Shown piece by piece: positions 1-10,220 of a DNA stretch of 47,938 nt; the first letter of the stretch is position 1; the number at the start of each line of letters is the position of its first letter. The DNA comes from Gammaproteobacteria bacterium (lineage in GTDB: Bacteria; Pseudomonadota; Gammaproteobacteria; Steroidobacterales; Rariloculaceae), in NCBI GenBank assembly GCA_030834065.1, contig JAURFX010000002.1, positions 1 through 47,938 on the forward strand, in the 5' to 3' direction. The notes beneath the pieces are model-generated. The model did not search any database. It was not told the DNA's origin and saw only the letters and a list, made by a program, of their open reading frames with translations. The position numbers and the translations under genes were made by a program.

Positions 1-774
1 ATCTTCTTTATTAAATTCTGTAAATTTATTCCATGGACAGAAAATTTGACAGTCATCACATCCAAATATTCGATTACCAAGCTTTGACCTATATTGTTTT
101 GGAATTTCACCTTTGTTTTCAATCGTTAAATAGGAAATGCATTTCCTTGCATCTAAAGAGTAGGGGCCATCAAAGGCATTAGTGGGACAAATTTCGATAC
201 ACTTCATGCATGACCCACAATGATTTGTTGCTTTATTGTCTTGCTCAATTTCTAAGTTTGAGATAATTTCACCAATCAAAAAGAATGACCCTGCGTGCTT
301 ATTAATGACATTTGTATTTTTCCCTATCCATCCTAATCCAGCTTTTTCAGCAAAAGTTTTTTCAAGAATTGGGGTAGAGTCAACAGCAGTTTTAAATTCA
401 GAATTTTTAGATAATGAGAGTATGTAGTTTGAGAGTTTTTTTAATTTGCTCTTAAATACTCTATGGTAATCTCTGCCTAAAGCGTATCTTGCAATATACG
501 CCATTTCATCATTATTTAAATTCTTTAAAGGATCATCATTAAAATTAAAATAATTAAGGCGAAGCGAGATAATAGTTTTTGCCCAAGGTACAATTTTTTT
601 TGGATCTAAAAGTATTTCATAATTGTTTTTCATGTATTGCATGGACCCATGAAATCCTTTATCGAGCCACTCTGTGACATATTTCCTTTCAACATCTATT
701 TTTACGGTTGTAAATCCAATACCATTAAAACCTAAAGAAATTGCATGAGTTCTAATTTTTTCTTTCAATTGCAT
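1..774 (-). CDS. queG: epoxyqueuosine reductase QueG, C-terminal end cut by window edge
   Basis: Absent from the ORF track because it runs off the window. Reverse-strand reading from the ATG (complement of 772-774) gives MQLKEKIRTHAISLGFNGIGFTT... The same frame contains CGSCMKCIEICPT (codon starting at 219) and FGCDDCQIFCPWNKF (around 66), which are QueG-type 4Fe-4S motifs. It is divergent to nnr, as yjeS/yjeF are in E. coli. Confidence 0.85.
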   Translation of the reverse strand, partial: MQLKEKIRTHAISLGFNGIGFTTVKIDVERKYVTEWLDKGFHGSMQYMKNNYEILLDPKKIVPWAKTIISLRLNYFNFNDDPLKNLNNDEMAYIARYALGRDYHRVFKSKLKKLSNYILSLSKNSEFKTAVDSTPILEKTFAEKAGLGWIGKNTNVINKHAGSFFLIGEIISNLEIEQDNKATNHCGSCMKCIEICPTNAFDGPYSLDARKCISYLTIENKGEIPKQYRSKLGNRIFGCDDCQIFCPWNKFTEFNKED

Positions 775-801
775 AAAATAACGATACTGTAAAAAAAGAA
801 A

Positions 802-2274
802 ATGGAAAGATTTTTATACGATTCAAAAATATCAAATGAGATAGATCATTTATTGATTAAAAAACATGAGCTTACAAGCTTTCAGCTCATGACACTTGCC
901 TCTCGGGATATTTTTAACAAAATTATTCATCAATTTAATGATAAAAATAATTTATTTATTATTTTGTGTGGCCCAGGAAATAATGGCGGTGATGGTTTTT
1001 GCTTGGCAAAGTTTCTTTCAGATAATAATTACAAAGTTAAAGTTATCAAAACTCACCCAAAAGAGAGCTTTCATGGCGATGCATTAAAGGCGCTTCAGGG
1101 TCTTGATGCTATTGATGAAATATTTGTTAATGAGATACCAAATAGCGTAACTGTTATAGTTGATGCGCTTTTTGGAACTGGCTTAAATAGACAATTAGAT
1201 CAATGCAGTCAGTCGCTAATAGATGCCGCGAATGAGAGTAACGCCTTCAGGATTGCAATAGATGTACCATCTGGTTTATGCGGTACTTCAGGAAGAATCT
1301 TTGGGAGGCCATTCAAGGCCGATCAGACAATGACTTTAATTTGTAACAAGGTGGGCCTCTTTATTGGTTTTGCAAGAGAATTTACCGGTAAAATTGATCT
1401 GATCCCGATATTTAATGATACGACTGCACTCATTGCTGAAAAAAAAATCAAACCGAAAGCATTAAAAATTAACCAATCTGCTCTAGATTTTATTCCTCCA
1501 TCAAAAGAAACTGACCATAAGCATAAGAGGGGCAAGGTTTTAATTATTGGAGGATTTACTGGAATGAAAGGTGCTGCTTTTTTAGCAGCAAAAGCAGCCT
1601 ATAGATCAGGTTGCGGATTGGTATATATTGCATCAGACAATCATCACTTTTCACCTGGCGAAACCTTTTTAGACGAATCATTAACTTTTTCATATTCAAA
1701 CGATTTATTAATAGAAAAGATTAATAAAGGTGAATTTGATGCAATTTTGATAGGCCCTGGACTTTATGAGGATGCGGTGAGCGAAGTAGCTTTTAGATTA
1801 TTGATTGAGTCAAAGGTAAAAAAAGTTATTGATGCCGGCGCACTATCTCTTTTAGCAAAATGGGATCTTGGTCATTTAGACAATGCAGTTTTAACGCCAC
1901 ATCATGGCGAGGCATCAAGATTGATTAATTTAAGTAGTGAAGTAATTAAAAATAATACCATGGAGAGCCTAATCGCTATCCAGGAAAAATATAATTCTGT
2001 AACGGTACTTAAGGGCGCTGGGACATTAATTGCAACAGATGATATTTATATTTGTGTCGATGGTCACAAGGGGATGGCTACTGCTGGAACGGGTGATGTG
2101 CTTGCCGGAATTACGGTATCACTATTGGCTCAAGGAGCAAGTTGTAAACAGGCTGCAATTGCTGGTACCTATATTCATTCCAAAGCTGCAGACTATTATG
2201 CTCAAGATAATGGCAAACTTGGTATGATTGCATCAGATATTATCGAATACATTCCAAAAGTGATAAATGTATAA
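802..2274 (+). CDS. nnr: bifunctional NAD(P)H-hydrate repair enzyme (epimerase / ADP-dependent dehydratase)
   Basis: 490-aa ORF. N-terminal YjeF_N-like block ILCGPGNNGGDG. C-terminal carbohydrate-kinase-like block HKRGKVLIIGG ... GTGDVLAG. Lies upstream of tsaE as in E. coli. Confidence 0.9.
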   Translation: MERFLYDSKISNEIDHLLIKKHELTSFQLMTLASRDIFNKIIHQFNDKNNLFIILCGPGNNGGDGFCLAKFLSDNNYKVKVIKTHPKESFHGDALKALQGLDAIDEIFVNEIPNSVTVIVDALFGTGLNRQLDQCSQSLIDAANESNAFRIAIDVPSGLCGTSGRIFGRPFKADQTMTLICNKVGLFIGFAREFTGKIDLIPIFNDTTALIAEKKIKPKALKINQSALDFIPPSKETDHKHKRGKVLIIGGFTGMKGAAFLAAKAAYRSGCGLVYIASDNHHFSPGETFLDESLTFSYSNDLLIEKINKGEFDAILIGPGLYEDAVSEVAFRLLIESKVKKVIDAGALSLLAKWDLGHLDNAVLTPHHGEASRLINLSSEVIKNNTMESLIAIQEKYNSVTVLKGAGTLIATDDIYICVDGHKGMATAGTGDVLAGITVSLLAQGASCKQAAIAGTYIHSKAADYYAQDNGKLGMIASDIIEYIPKVINV

Positions 2275-2761
2275 ATATAATTTAAGAGCATTAAGTATCG
2301 AAGACATGCGAAGAGTTGCTAGTTTTTTTTCAAAATGGGAGAAGTTAGACAACATTATTTTGATTGGCTTAGTTGGTGATTTAGGTTCTGGCAAAACGCA
2401 TTGGGTAAGAGAGTTCTTTAGAAATTTTGATCCAGATATTTCAGTTCCCTCTCCGACATACACACTCATTGAGCCCTATGAGAGTCTGATCAGCGATCGC
2501 TCTGTGTATCATGCTGACATTTATCGGTTAGGCTCATCAATCAAGCCTTCAAGAGATACTTTAAATTTATGCCTAGAGCTTGGGATTTATGATCTTATTC
2601 AGGATCAAAAAAATTTAATCCTTGTCGAATGGATCGATTTAGAATCGAATCTTTTAGAAAATACAGATTTACTTCTAACCTTTCGGCTTGGAAACGAAGA
2701 GGATTTAAGAGATTTAGAGATCAAGTCAAAATTTGAAATCATTGGTATAGATTATGCGTAG
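2267..2761 (+). CDS. tsaE: tRNA t6A37 biosynthesis ATPase TsaE
   Basis: 164 aa with P-loop GDLGSGKTHW and SPTYTLIEPY motif. Overlaps nnr by 8 nt. Conserved yjeF-yjeE order. Confidence 0.85.
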   Translation: MYKYNLRALSIEDMRRVASFFSKWEKLDNIILIGLVGDLGSGKTHWVREFFRNFDPDISVPSPTYTLIEPYESLISDRSVYHADIYRLGSSIKPSRDTLNLCLELGIYDLIQDQKNLILVEWIDLESNLLENTDLLLTFRLGNEEDLRDLEIKSKFEIIGIDYA

Positions 2762-4067
2762 CTATATAATTAATTTTATGAAATACAGATCAAGCTTTTT
2801 CATTATCTTATGGGTATCTATTTTATCCCAGAATATATTGACTGCTGGGGAGCTTATTGGGGTAAGGCATTCAGTTGAAGATAATCAAATAAGACTTGTT
2901 TTTGATTTTAATGAATCAACTGAATACAACGTTTTTTCATTAGAGAGTCCTAATAGAATTGTCATTGATTTTTTTGATACACAGTTAGCCGGTGAGATAA
3001 ATAATTTACAAAATAATCCACTCATTGGTGATATTAGATATTCATCAAGAAACCAAAGAGATTTTAGAGTTGTCCTTAATACCAGGGGTCTTGTCGAGTG
3101 GTCTTCATTTGAATTAAACGAGACATCGATACAGCCAAATCGAGTGGTATTGGATATCTTTAGTTCGCCAACAACTATAAACGATGCAAGAAATATCATA
3201 GTTGCAATTGATCCTGGTCATGGAGGAAATGATCCCGGCGCAACAGGACCCACTGGAGTACGTGAAAAAAATGTAACTTTAGCTGTAGCAAGGATTCTAA
3301 AAGAAGAGCTTGAACTATATGATGGCATTACTGCTGTATTAACAAGAACTTCGGATCGATATGTTGATTTGTGGGATAGAAATATAATAGCTAGGGAGGC
3401 AGATGCAGATATATTTGTTTCGTTACATGCCGATGCGTTTAGGGATCCAAGAGTGAGCGGTGCTACTATTTACTCTTTATCTGCTAGAGGGGCAGGGAGC
3501 GAAGCAGATAGATTGCTTGTTAATAGGGAAAACCAATCTACGATTCTTGGTGATACAGACCTTAGAGAATTTCCTTTTCCTGACTTAACTGATGAGCTCA
3601 TCAGTTTTTACCAAGAGATCTCAATCGCTTCTGCAAAAGTATTAGGCGAACACGTAATTGATCAGCTTGCAACTTATACCCGTGTTAGAAAAAGTGATGT
3701 CCAGAATGCTGCATTTATAGTACTTCGATCACCGGACGTGACAAGTATATTAATTGAGATGGGATATATTACTAATCCAAGAGAGGAGAGCATGCTCTCT
3801 AATCCACAAGGTCAGCGTGATATTGCAAGAGGTATAAGAAATGGTATTTTGAGCTATTTGATTGAGAATGCTCCTCCAGATTCATTAATTGCTTGGAACC
3901 CTCCGAAGCTTCCAAGCGAACCGAGAAGACATACCATATCCTGGGGTGAGACATTGTCTGGAATTGCATTAAGGTATCAAGTAAGTATCAATAGATTAAG
4001 ACAAGCCAATAACTTATCCAATGACAACATATATGAGGGTCAAATAATAACAATACCTCCAGGATAA
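2754..4067 (+). CDS. amiB: N-acetylmuramoyl-L-alanine amidase with AMIN-like N-domain and C-terminal LysM
   Basis: 437 aa. Signal/TM region, then an AMIN-like segment (IRLVFDF...NRIVIDF), an Amidase_3 core (VAIDPGHGGNDPGA, VSLHADA) and a LysM tail (HTISWGETLSGIALRYQVSINRLRQANNL). Its position after tsaE matches E. coli amiB. Confidence 0.88.
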   Translation: MRSYIINFMKYRSSFFIILWVSILSQNILTAGELIGVRHSVEDNQIRLVFDFNESTEYNVFSLESPNRIVIDFFDTQLAGEINNLQNNPLIGDIRYSSRNQRDFRVVLNTRGLVEWSSFELNETSIQPNRVVLDIFSSPTTINDARNIIVAIDPGHGGNDPGATGPTGVREKNVTLAVARILKEELELYDGITAVLTRTSDRYVDLWDRNIIAREADADIFVSLHADAFRDPRVSGATIYSLSARGAGSEADRLLVNRENQSTILGDTDLREFPFPDLTDELISFYQEISIASAKVLGEHVIDQLATYTRVRKSDVQNAAFIVLRSPDVTSILIEMGYITNPREESMLSNPQGQRDIARGIRNGILSYLIENAPPDSLIAWNPPKLPSEPRRHTISWGETLSGIALRYQVSINRLRQANNLSNDNIYEGQIITIPPG

Positions 4068-4070
4068 TTT

Positions 4071-5003
4071 ATGCAAAATATACTTTGCCTTACTGGTGTT
4101 ACAGGCACTGGAAAGACCGACATTGCATTGGAGCTCTCTGAGAAATTTCCAATTGAGATAATTAGTATGGACTCAGCAATGGTATTTAGAGACCTTAATA
4201 TTGGTACTGATACACCTGAATATTCTATATTAGAAAAAGTCCCGCATCACTTGATCAGTATCATTAGTCCAAAAGAATATTTCTCTGCTGGACATTTTAT
4301 TCTTGAGTGCAAGAGAAAGATCCAAGAAATACAAAGAAGAAAGAAAATACCGCTCATTGTTGGTGGAACATTAATGTATCTAAATGCTCTGATTCTTGGA
4401 TTAGCAAATTTGCCCGAAAGAAATCAAAAAGTAAGAAATTTAATTCATCAACTTGCGGAAAAATACTCCTGGCGCTACATGTATGAGTTCTTATGTTTCA
4501 TTGATCCATTGCATGCTTCGAAAATTTCTATTAATGATCATCAGCGTATTGAACGTTCATTAGAGGTTTTCCTTATCAGTGAAAAAAACTTAAGTTCTTT
4601 TCACCAGGAACAAGCGTTAGTAGAGCATAGGGGTAATTTTGAAGTTATTGCAATTGAAAGAGTTGATAAAGAGCAGCATCGGAAAAAAATTTCGATGCGG
4701 GTGCATGCTATGGTCAAAAAAGGAATTGTCGATGAGCTTGAGTATGCAATCAATAAATATGATCTTACCCAAAATGATGCGTCTATGAAACTTATAGGAT
4801 ACAAACAATTTTTTCAATATTTAAATGATGAAATTAGTATGAATGATGCAATTGAAAGGACCATCAACGGTACCAATCAGTTCGCAAAAAGGCAAATGAC
4901 TTGGTTGCGAAAAATGGAGTTTATTAAAACTAGAATATCTAGTAATCAGCTTGCGATTCAGTATCTTAATGAAAAACTTTTGAAGTGCTCTGTAATTAAT
5001 TAA
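4071..5003 (+). CDS. miaA: tRNA dimethylallyltransferase
   Basis: 310 aa with P-loop GVTGTGKT, SMDSAMVFRDLNIGT and GGTLMY blocks. Sits directly upstream of hfq. Confidence 0.92.
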   Translation: MQNILCLTGVTGTGKTDIALELSEKFPIEIISMDSAMVFRDLNIGTDTPEYSILEKVPHHLISIISPKEYFSAGHFILECKRKIQEIQRRKKIPLIVGGTLMYLNALILGLANLPERNQKVRNLIHQLAEKYSWRYMYEFLCFIDPLHASKISINDHQRIERSLEVFLISEKNLSSFHQEQALVEHRGNFEVIAIERVDKEQHRKKISMRVHAMVKKGIVDELEYAINKYDLTQNDASMKLIGYKQFFQYLNDEISMNDAIERTINGTNQFAKRQMTWLRKMEFIKTRISSNQLAIQYLNEKLLKCSVIN

Positions 5004-5026
5004 GTGGTGTGTTAAGATTCTTTTAA

Positions 5027-5260
5027 ATGACTAAATCAAATTCCTTCCAAGATAATTTTCTTAATATAGCTAGAAAGGAAAAAATACCTGTCTCAGTCTA
5101 TCTTATTAATGGCATTAAGCTCCAAGGTACTGTAGAAACTTTTGATTCCTATGCTTTAATATTAAAAAATAATACTTCTCAAATGATTTATAAGCATGCA
5201 ATTTCAACCATTGTACCTGCCCGCGAGATCATATTAAGTACCAATGAGATAAATGATTAG
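5027..5260 (+). CDS. hfq: RNA chaperone Hfq
   Basis: 77 aa. Sm motifs [13 protein letters not shown] and [10 protein letters not shown]. Confidence 0.96.
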   Translation: MTKSNSFQDNFLNIARKEKIPVSVYLINGIKLQGTVETFDSYALILKNNTSQMIYKHAISTIVPAREIILSTNEIND

Positions 5261-5269
5261 CCATAAATC

Positions 5270-6391
5270 TTGATAAATCATAATAAAAAATACAATGTCG
5301 TATTGGTTTATGCCCCAACTACCAAGTCCGATAAATCTGCTGAGGGAGAGTTTTTATCATTGGCGGAAGCAAGTGGTATTTCACATTCGATTCTATTTAA
5401 AACTACTGTAAGAAAAATAAATCCTAGGTTTTATATTGGTGCAGGAAAAATTGAAGAGCTAAAAGTTTTAGTAAGTGACCAAAAACCAGATGCAATAATA
5501 TTTGCAAACCATTTAGCGCCTACTCAAGAGAGGAATATCCAAAATGAAGTGAATTGTCCGGTCATTGATAGGACTCGATTAATATTAGATATATTTGCTC
5601 AGCGTGCCCAAACCTACGAGGGTAAGATTCAAGTAGAGCTTGCGCAACTTAAGCATTTGAGCACCCGTCTGGTGCGAGGATGGACCCACTTAGAAAGACA
5701 AAAAGGGGGTATAGGTTTGAGAGGTCCTGGGGAAACTCAGCTAGAAACAGATAGGCGTTTAATCGGTAAAAGAATAAAAAAATTAAATGAGAAGTTAAGC
5801 AAAATTGTTATTAGAAGAGATCGAGAGCTTTTAAGGCGAGGCAAGAATCTTTTAGACACTGTATCCATTGTTGGATATACCAACGCTGGTAAAACTACAC
5901 TCTTTAATAGGCTTTGCAATGAAAATGCATTTGCAGAAGATCTTCTCTTCGCAACGCTTGATTCAAAAGTCAGAAGTTTGAACTTAGCAAAAGATGAAAA
6001 GATTCTGATCTCAGATACTGTCGGTTTTGTAAGTGATTTGCCGATCGACCTAATTGCTTCATTCAAGACAACTCTGAATGAGGCGATTCATGCCTCTGTG
6101 CTTTTGCATGTAATAGACCTATCCGACAAATTTTGGGAAGAAAAAATGAAATATGTGAATAAAGTACTCAAAGATATTGGTGCCCATCAAATTCCGCAGA
6201 TTTGTATTTTTAATAAAATAGATATTTGTGATGATGAGGTGCTGCTTGATGCGGCAGATTTTGGCTTTAAAGATAAAGTCTTTATTTCAGCGGAAATTGG
6301 AACCGGATTACAAAATTTAATTGGATTAATTAGAAAAAAAATCAACGATGAAAAAATAATATCTAATGAGCTTGAAAAACACCTTGCTTAA
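5270..6391 (+). CDS. hflX: GTPase HflX
   Basis: 373 aa with a TTG start. G1 GYTNAGKTTLFN, G3 DTVGF, G4 NKID. The HflX N-domain block LAQLKHLSTRL...GPGETQLE is present. Confidence 0.9.
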   Translation: MINHNKKYNVVLVYAPTTKSDKSAEGEFLSLAEASGISHSILFKTTVRKINPRFYIGAGKIEELKVLVSDQKPDAIIFANHLAPTQERNIQNEVNCPVIDRTRLILDIFAQRAQTYEGKIQVELAQLKHLSTRLVRGWTHLERQKGGIGLRGPGETQLETDRRLIGKRIKKLNEKLSKIVIRRDRELLRRGKNLLDTVSIVGYTNAGKTTLFNRLCNENAFAEDLLFATLDSKVRSLNLAKDEKILISDTVGFVSDLPIDLIASFKTTLNEAIHASVLLHVIDLSDKFWEEKMKYVNKVLKDIGAHQIPQICIFNKIDICDDEVLLDAADFGFKDKVFISAEIGTGLQNLIGLIRKKINDEKIISNELEKHLA

Positions 6392-6446
6392 CCCAAATAT
6401 TAACGATATCGATTTTTTTAAATTCTAACCATGATAAAATTCTAAT

Positions 6447-7565
6447 ATGAGCTGGGACAATAACAATGATCCGTGGAAGGGTGGTTCCCAACCCCCTGAT
6501 TTAGACGAGGCCATGAAAGAGCTGAAAAAGAAGTTATCCTCATTTGTCGGGGGCAAAGGAGGTGGATTAGGACAATCTAACTTTAAAGGTTTCTACAATA
6601 AAATATTTTCTCTTGTCACAGTAATTGTGATTGCAGCGTGGTTGTTTACAGGCTTTTATACGGTTAATGACGCAGAAAGGGGAATTGTTCTTAGATTTGG
6701 TCAGTTCCATGCGCTGACACAACCAGGATTAAGATGGAAAATTCCTTATCCTGTTGATCGAGTAGAGCTAATCAATACCAATGTTACAGAGAGGTATATT
6801 TATCAAGGGACGATGCTTACGCGTGATGAAAACATTGTCAGGATTGATCTTGCTGTTCAATTCAGACGAACAGATCCAGAAGCTTTTTTATTTAACTTAA
6901 GATCTCCAGAGGATACACTTGAGGACGTAACCGGGAGTGCTATAAGAGAAGTTATTGGTAAAAATAATCTGGAGTATATCCTTACTGAGGGTAGAGCAGA
7001 TATTGCCACACAAGCTAAGGATATAATCCAAGAAACTTTAAATGAATATGGCACCGGTATTTTTGTTTTTGAGGTCAATTTGCAAGAAGCTAATTTCCCA
7101 GCAGATGTGGAAGGCGCGGTTCAGGATGCAATTAGGGCAAGAGAGGATAGAGAGAGAATGGCTTTTGAGGCGCAAGCCTATTCAAATAATATACTACCTA
7201 ATGCAAGAGGAACGGCTGCAAGAATGCTTCAAGATGCTGAGGGGTATCGCGAGCAAGTTATTAATAATGCTGAGGGTGAGGCAAGCCGGTTTCTTCAAGT
7301 ACTTGAGTCCTATCAACTGGCTCCAGAAGTTACTAGGAGAAGAATGTATATCGAGACAATTCAAGCAGTCCTGTCAGGCTCTACCAAGATTTTTATTGAT
7401 TCAGAGAGTAGCGGTAACTTACTTTATTTACCGATTGATAGGTTGTTACGTGGAAATATGGCTTTAACCGATCAATCGATGACAAGCTCGAATGAAGAAT
7501 CTTTATTACAACCTCAACAAGCAAGCGAACAAATGCAAGACTTAAGATCAAGACCCCTGAGATAG
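6447..7565 (+). CDS. hflK: FtsH modulator HflK (SPFH/band-7)
   Basis: 372 aa with an N-terminal TM, an SPFH domain and a coiled C-terminal part. Follows hflX. Confidence 0.9.
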   Translation: MSWDNNNDPWKGGSQPPDLDEAMKELKKKLSSFVGGKGGGLGQSNFKGFYNKIFSLVTVIVIAAWLFTGFYTVNDAERGIVLRFGQFHALTQPGLRWKIPYPVDRVELINTNVTERYIYQGTMLTRDENIVRIDLAVQFRRTDPEAFLFNLRSPEDTLEDVTGSAIREVIGKNNLEYILTEGRADIATQAKDIIQETLNEYGTGIFVFEVNLQEANFPADVEGAVQDAIRAREDRERMAFEAQAYSNNILPNARGTAARMLQDAEGYREQVINNAEGEASRFLQVLESYQLAPEVTRRRMYIETIQAVLSGSTKIFIDSESSGNLLYLPIDRLLRGNMALTDQSMTSSNEESLLQPQQASEQMQDLRSRPLR

Positions 7566-7566
7566 A

Positions 7567-8433
7567 ATGAATATCATTAATAAAATTGGTACTTTTTTAC
7601 TGGTCATCATCATCATATTGTCTAATATATTTTTTATCGTTGACGAAAGAGAGTTTGCCCTTAAGTTTCAGTTCGGCGAAATCATCAGATCCGACTACGA
7701 GCCTGGACTCCACATGAAGCTCCCTTTCATAAATAACATAGTTAAATTTGAAGACAGAATTATGAATTATGAAGAGGGCGGGGGATTGTTCTTAACTGGA
7801 GAACTGAAGAATTTAATAGTTGATTATTTTATTACTTGGAAAATTACAGATCCTGGTGAATTCTATCGTTCTGTGAGGGGGGACGAAACCTTTGCCGAAC
7901 AAAGACTATCAGCAATCATCGTTGAGGGAATTAAAGCAGAATTTGGTACAAGAACTGTACAGGAAGTTGTCTCAGCCGAAAGAAGTGAGCTCATGCAAGA
8001 CATGATTATGCAAGTGAGAATTGCCGCTGCTGATTTAGGCATTGAGGTTGTGGATGTGCGTGTAAAAAGAATCGAACTTGCAGAGGAAGTACGTGAATCA
8101 GTTTATGCGCGTATGAGACAAGAGAGAAATCGAGTTGCAAGCCAACTTAGAGCCGAGGGTATGGAGGAAAGCGAAAGAATTCGAGCTGATGCCGATAGAC
8201 AAAGAACAGTAATTATTGCAGAGGCAAATAGAGATGCCCAAACTATCAGAGGCGAAGGAGATGGAAGGGCGGTGCAAATTTATGCAGATGCATATTCTCA
8301 GGACCAAGAATTTTACGCTTTTTATCGCTCTATGGAGGCTTACCGTGATGCATTAGGAAGGCAAAATGATATTCTTGTCATCTCTCCTGAAAGCGATTTC
8401 TTTGACTTTTTTACAGATTATTTAAGTCAATAA
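7567..8433 (+). CDS. hflC: FtsH modulator HflC (SPFH/band-7)
   Basis: 288 aa with an N-terminal TM and an SPFH domain. Separated from hflK by a 1-nt gap. Confidence 0.9.
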   Translation: MNIINKIGTFLLVIIIILSNIFFIVDEREFALKFQFGEIIRSDYEPGLHMKLPFINNIVKFEDRIMNYEEGGGLFLTGELKNLIVDYFITWKITDPGEFYRSVRGDETFAEQRLSAIIVEGIKAEFGTRTVQEVVSAERSELMQDMIMQVRIAAADLGIEVVDVRVKRIELAEEVRESVYARMRQERNRVASQLRAEGMEESERIRADADRQRTVIIAEANRDAQTIRGEGDGRAVQIYADAYSQDQEFYAFYRSMEAYRDALGRQNDILVISPESDFFDFFTDYLSQ

Positions 8434-8457
8434 CTATAAATTTTTTGGAGTGTTTTT

Positions 8458-8649
8458 TTGGCTTGGTCAGATCTATTTACTGGGTTATCACTCTTGTTAA
8501 TTTTTGAAGGACTTATGCCCTTTATTTTTCCAACCCGCTGGAAAAATCTTATTGCACAAGTGAATGGTATGTCTGATACCCAGATTAGGGTAATCGCCCT
8601 CATCTCAATTATTCTTGGATTATCAATTCTAACTTGGATTAGGCATTGA
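8458..8649 (+). CDS. yjeT: small two-TM membrane protein, YjeT/DUF2065-like
   Basis: 63 aa with a TTG start. LLLIFEGLMPFIFP..W resembles E. coli YjeT as I recall it. Occupies the same slot between hflC and purA. Confidence 0.6.
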   Translation: MAWSDLFTGLSLLLIFEGLMPFIFPTRWKNLIAQVNGMSDTQIRVIALISIILGLSILTWIRH

Positions 8650-9926
8650 ATATCAATAGTAAAGCAGTTTTTGGATTGCAGTGGGGCGATGAGGGCAAGG
8701 GCGCTATCGTTGACTACCTCGCTGAAAATGCTGATCTTGTAGTAAGGTTTCAGGGGGGTCATAACGCTGGACATACGCTAATAATTAATGGTGAAAAAAC
8801 AGTATTACATCTCATTCCATCTGGTATTCTTCGTGACAAAACTAAATGTCTGATTAGTAGTGGTGTCGTTGTTTCTCTGCCCGAACTTTTTAAGGAGCTT
8901 AATCAAGTCTTAGAAAAAAAACCAAACGCAGAAAACAGATTATTTATTTCAAAGAATTGCCCCATTATTTTATCAACTCATAGGGCTTTAGATTTAGCCC
9001 GAGAGAGACGCAAAGGCTCTAAAGCCATTGGTACGACTGGAAGAGGAATTGGTCCTTGTTATGAGGATAAAATTGCCAGAAGAGCAATAAAAATTTCAGA
9101 TATTTTTGATGAAAAAATTTTGATGGAAAAACTTCAAGAGGTCATGGAGTTTCATAATTTCCAGTTAACCGATTTTTACCGAGAAGATGCCCGCTCCATT
9201 GAAGAAGAGCTTGAGGAGATCTTCGGTTATAGGGAGAGACTTGCAAACTTATCGATAGATACGCAATCATTCTTGATGGAATGTGTAAAAAATGACGATT
9301 CAATATTATTTGAAGGCGCTCAAGGAACCATGTTAGATATTGATTTAGGCACATATCCCTTCGTAACTTCCTCAAACACGACGATTGCAGGCTTATTGAC
9401 AAGCACAGGATTAAACTCAAGCTATATCAAAGATGTTATTGGTGTTGTAAAAGCATATACAACAAGAGTAGGTAGCGGCCCATTCCCGACAGAGCTTTTT
9501 GATGAGGTTGGAAAAGTGCTAGCTACAAAAGGTGCTGAAGTAGGGGCTACAACCGGAAGACCAAGAAGATGCGGTTGGCTGGATCTAGTCAGCCTTAAGG
9601 CAGCAATTGTTGCAAGCGGAATTACTGAGATTTGTTTAACAAAAATAGATGTACTTGATAATATCGGCTCCATTAAGTTATGCGTAAGTTATGAATTAGA
9701 TGGAAAACCAATAACATTCCCTCCAAGCCATGCTTCTGAGCTATTAGCGTGTAAGCCCATTTATGAAACACTTGAAGGATGGAATGAGAGTACTTATGGT
9801 CAAACTAATTATAATAAATTGCCTGATAACGCCAGAGCCTACATTAATTACATTGAAAAATTCCTTGGAATTCCCATAAAGATGATTTCTACGGGTCCAG
9901 AGAGAGACGCGATTATCAGTATTTAG
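8646..9926 (+). CDS. purA: adenylosuccinate synthetase
   Basis: 426 aa with QWGDEGKGAIVD, GGHNAGHT and TTGRGIGPCYEDK. TTG start overlaps the yjeT stop by 4 nt. Confidence 0.95.
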   Translation: MNINSKAVFGLQWGDEGKGAIVDYLAENADLVVRFQGGHNAGHTLIINGEKTVLHLIPSGILRDKTKCLISSGVVVSLPELFKELNQVLEKKPNAENRLFISKNCPIILSTHRALDLARERRKGSKAIGTTGRGIGPCYEDKIARRAIKISDIFDEKILMEKLQEVMEFHNFQLTDFYREDARSIEEELEEIFGYRERLANLSIDTQSFLMECVKNDDSILFEGAQGTMLDIDLGTYPFVTSSNTTIAGLLTSTGLNSSYIKDVIGVVKAYTTRVGSGPFPTELFDEVGKVLATKGAEVGATTGRPRRCGWLDLVSLKAAIVASGITEICLTKIDVLDNIGSIKLCVSYELDGKPITFPPSHASELLACKPIYETLEGWNESTYGQTNYNKLPDNARAYINYIEKFLGIPIKMISTGPERDAIISI

Positions 9927-9929
9927 AAT

Positions 9930-10097
9930 TTACCAGTTATTTGGCGTTGATCGATCACGACCAAAATCTTGAAATCTATCTACATCATCCCTAAAAGTGT
10001 CATTTCGATCTCTCATCATTTGATCTTCACTCAGTTCAGACCCGCCAGTACATGCACTAAGTAAAAGAATATAAATTGCTAAATAAATAAATTTCAT
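9930..10097 (-). CDS. possible 55-aa lipoprotein of unknown function
   Basis: Below the ORF-track size cutoff. Hand translation gives MKFIYLAIYILLLSACTGGSELSEDQMMRDRNDTFRDDVDRFQDFGRDRSTPNNW. It has a signal peptide and lipobox LSAC. No clear SD. Confidence 0.4.
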   Translation of the reverse strand: MKFIYLAIYILLLSACTGGSELSEDQMMRDRNDTFRDDVDRFQDFGRDRSTPNNW

Positions 10098-10146
10098 AAT
10101 TATACAAATGCAGCAAAATTTGAAATAGTTTCATAAAAAAGTGAAA

Positions 10147-10194
10147 TTTAAATGAGAATTACTTGCATTTATAATAAGAATGATTATCATTTAC
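10147..10194 (+). promoter_or_regulatory. candidate sigma70 promoter with overlapping Fur-box-like operator
   Basis: TTTAAA (10147-10152), 17-nt spacer, TATAAT (10170-10175). Immediately downstream is AATGATTATCATT (10179-10191). Its reverse complement AATGATAATCATT equals the central 13 nt of the classical Fur box GATAATGATAATCATTATC. By hand count the full 19-mer 10176-10194 matches at 15/19. Confidence 0.5.
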
Positions 10195-10220
10195 TTATTA
10201 AGAATAAATCTAAAAAAACT

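Noticed and set aside
10152-10220. N-terminal 23 codons of the track ORF for the FMN-binding protein (MRITCIYNKNDYHLLIKNKSKKT).
   Set aside because: This stretch contains the TATAAT hexamer and the Fur-box-like site. The signal peptide only begins after the in-frame TTG at 10221. It is more likely promoter and 5' UTR than coding sequence.
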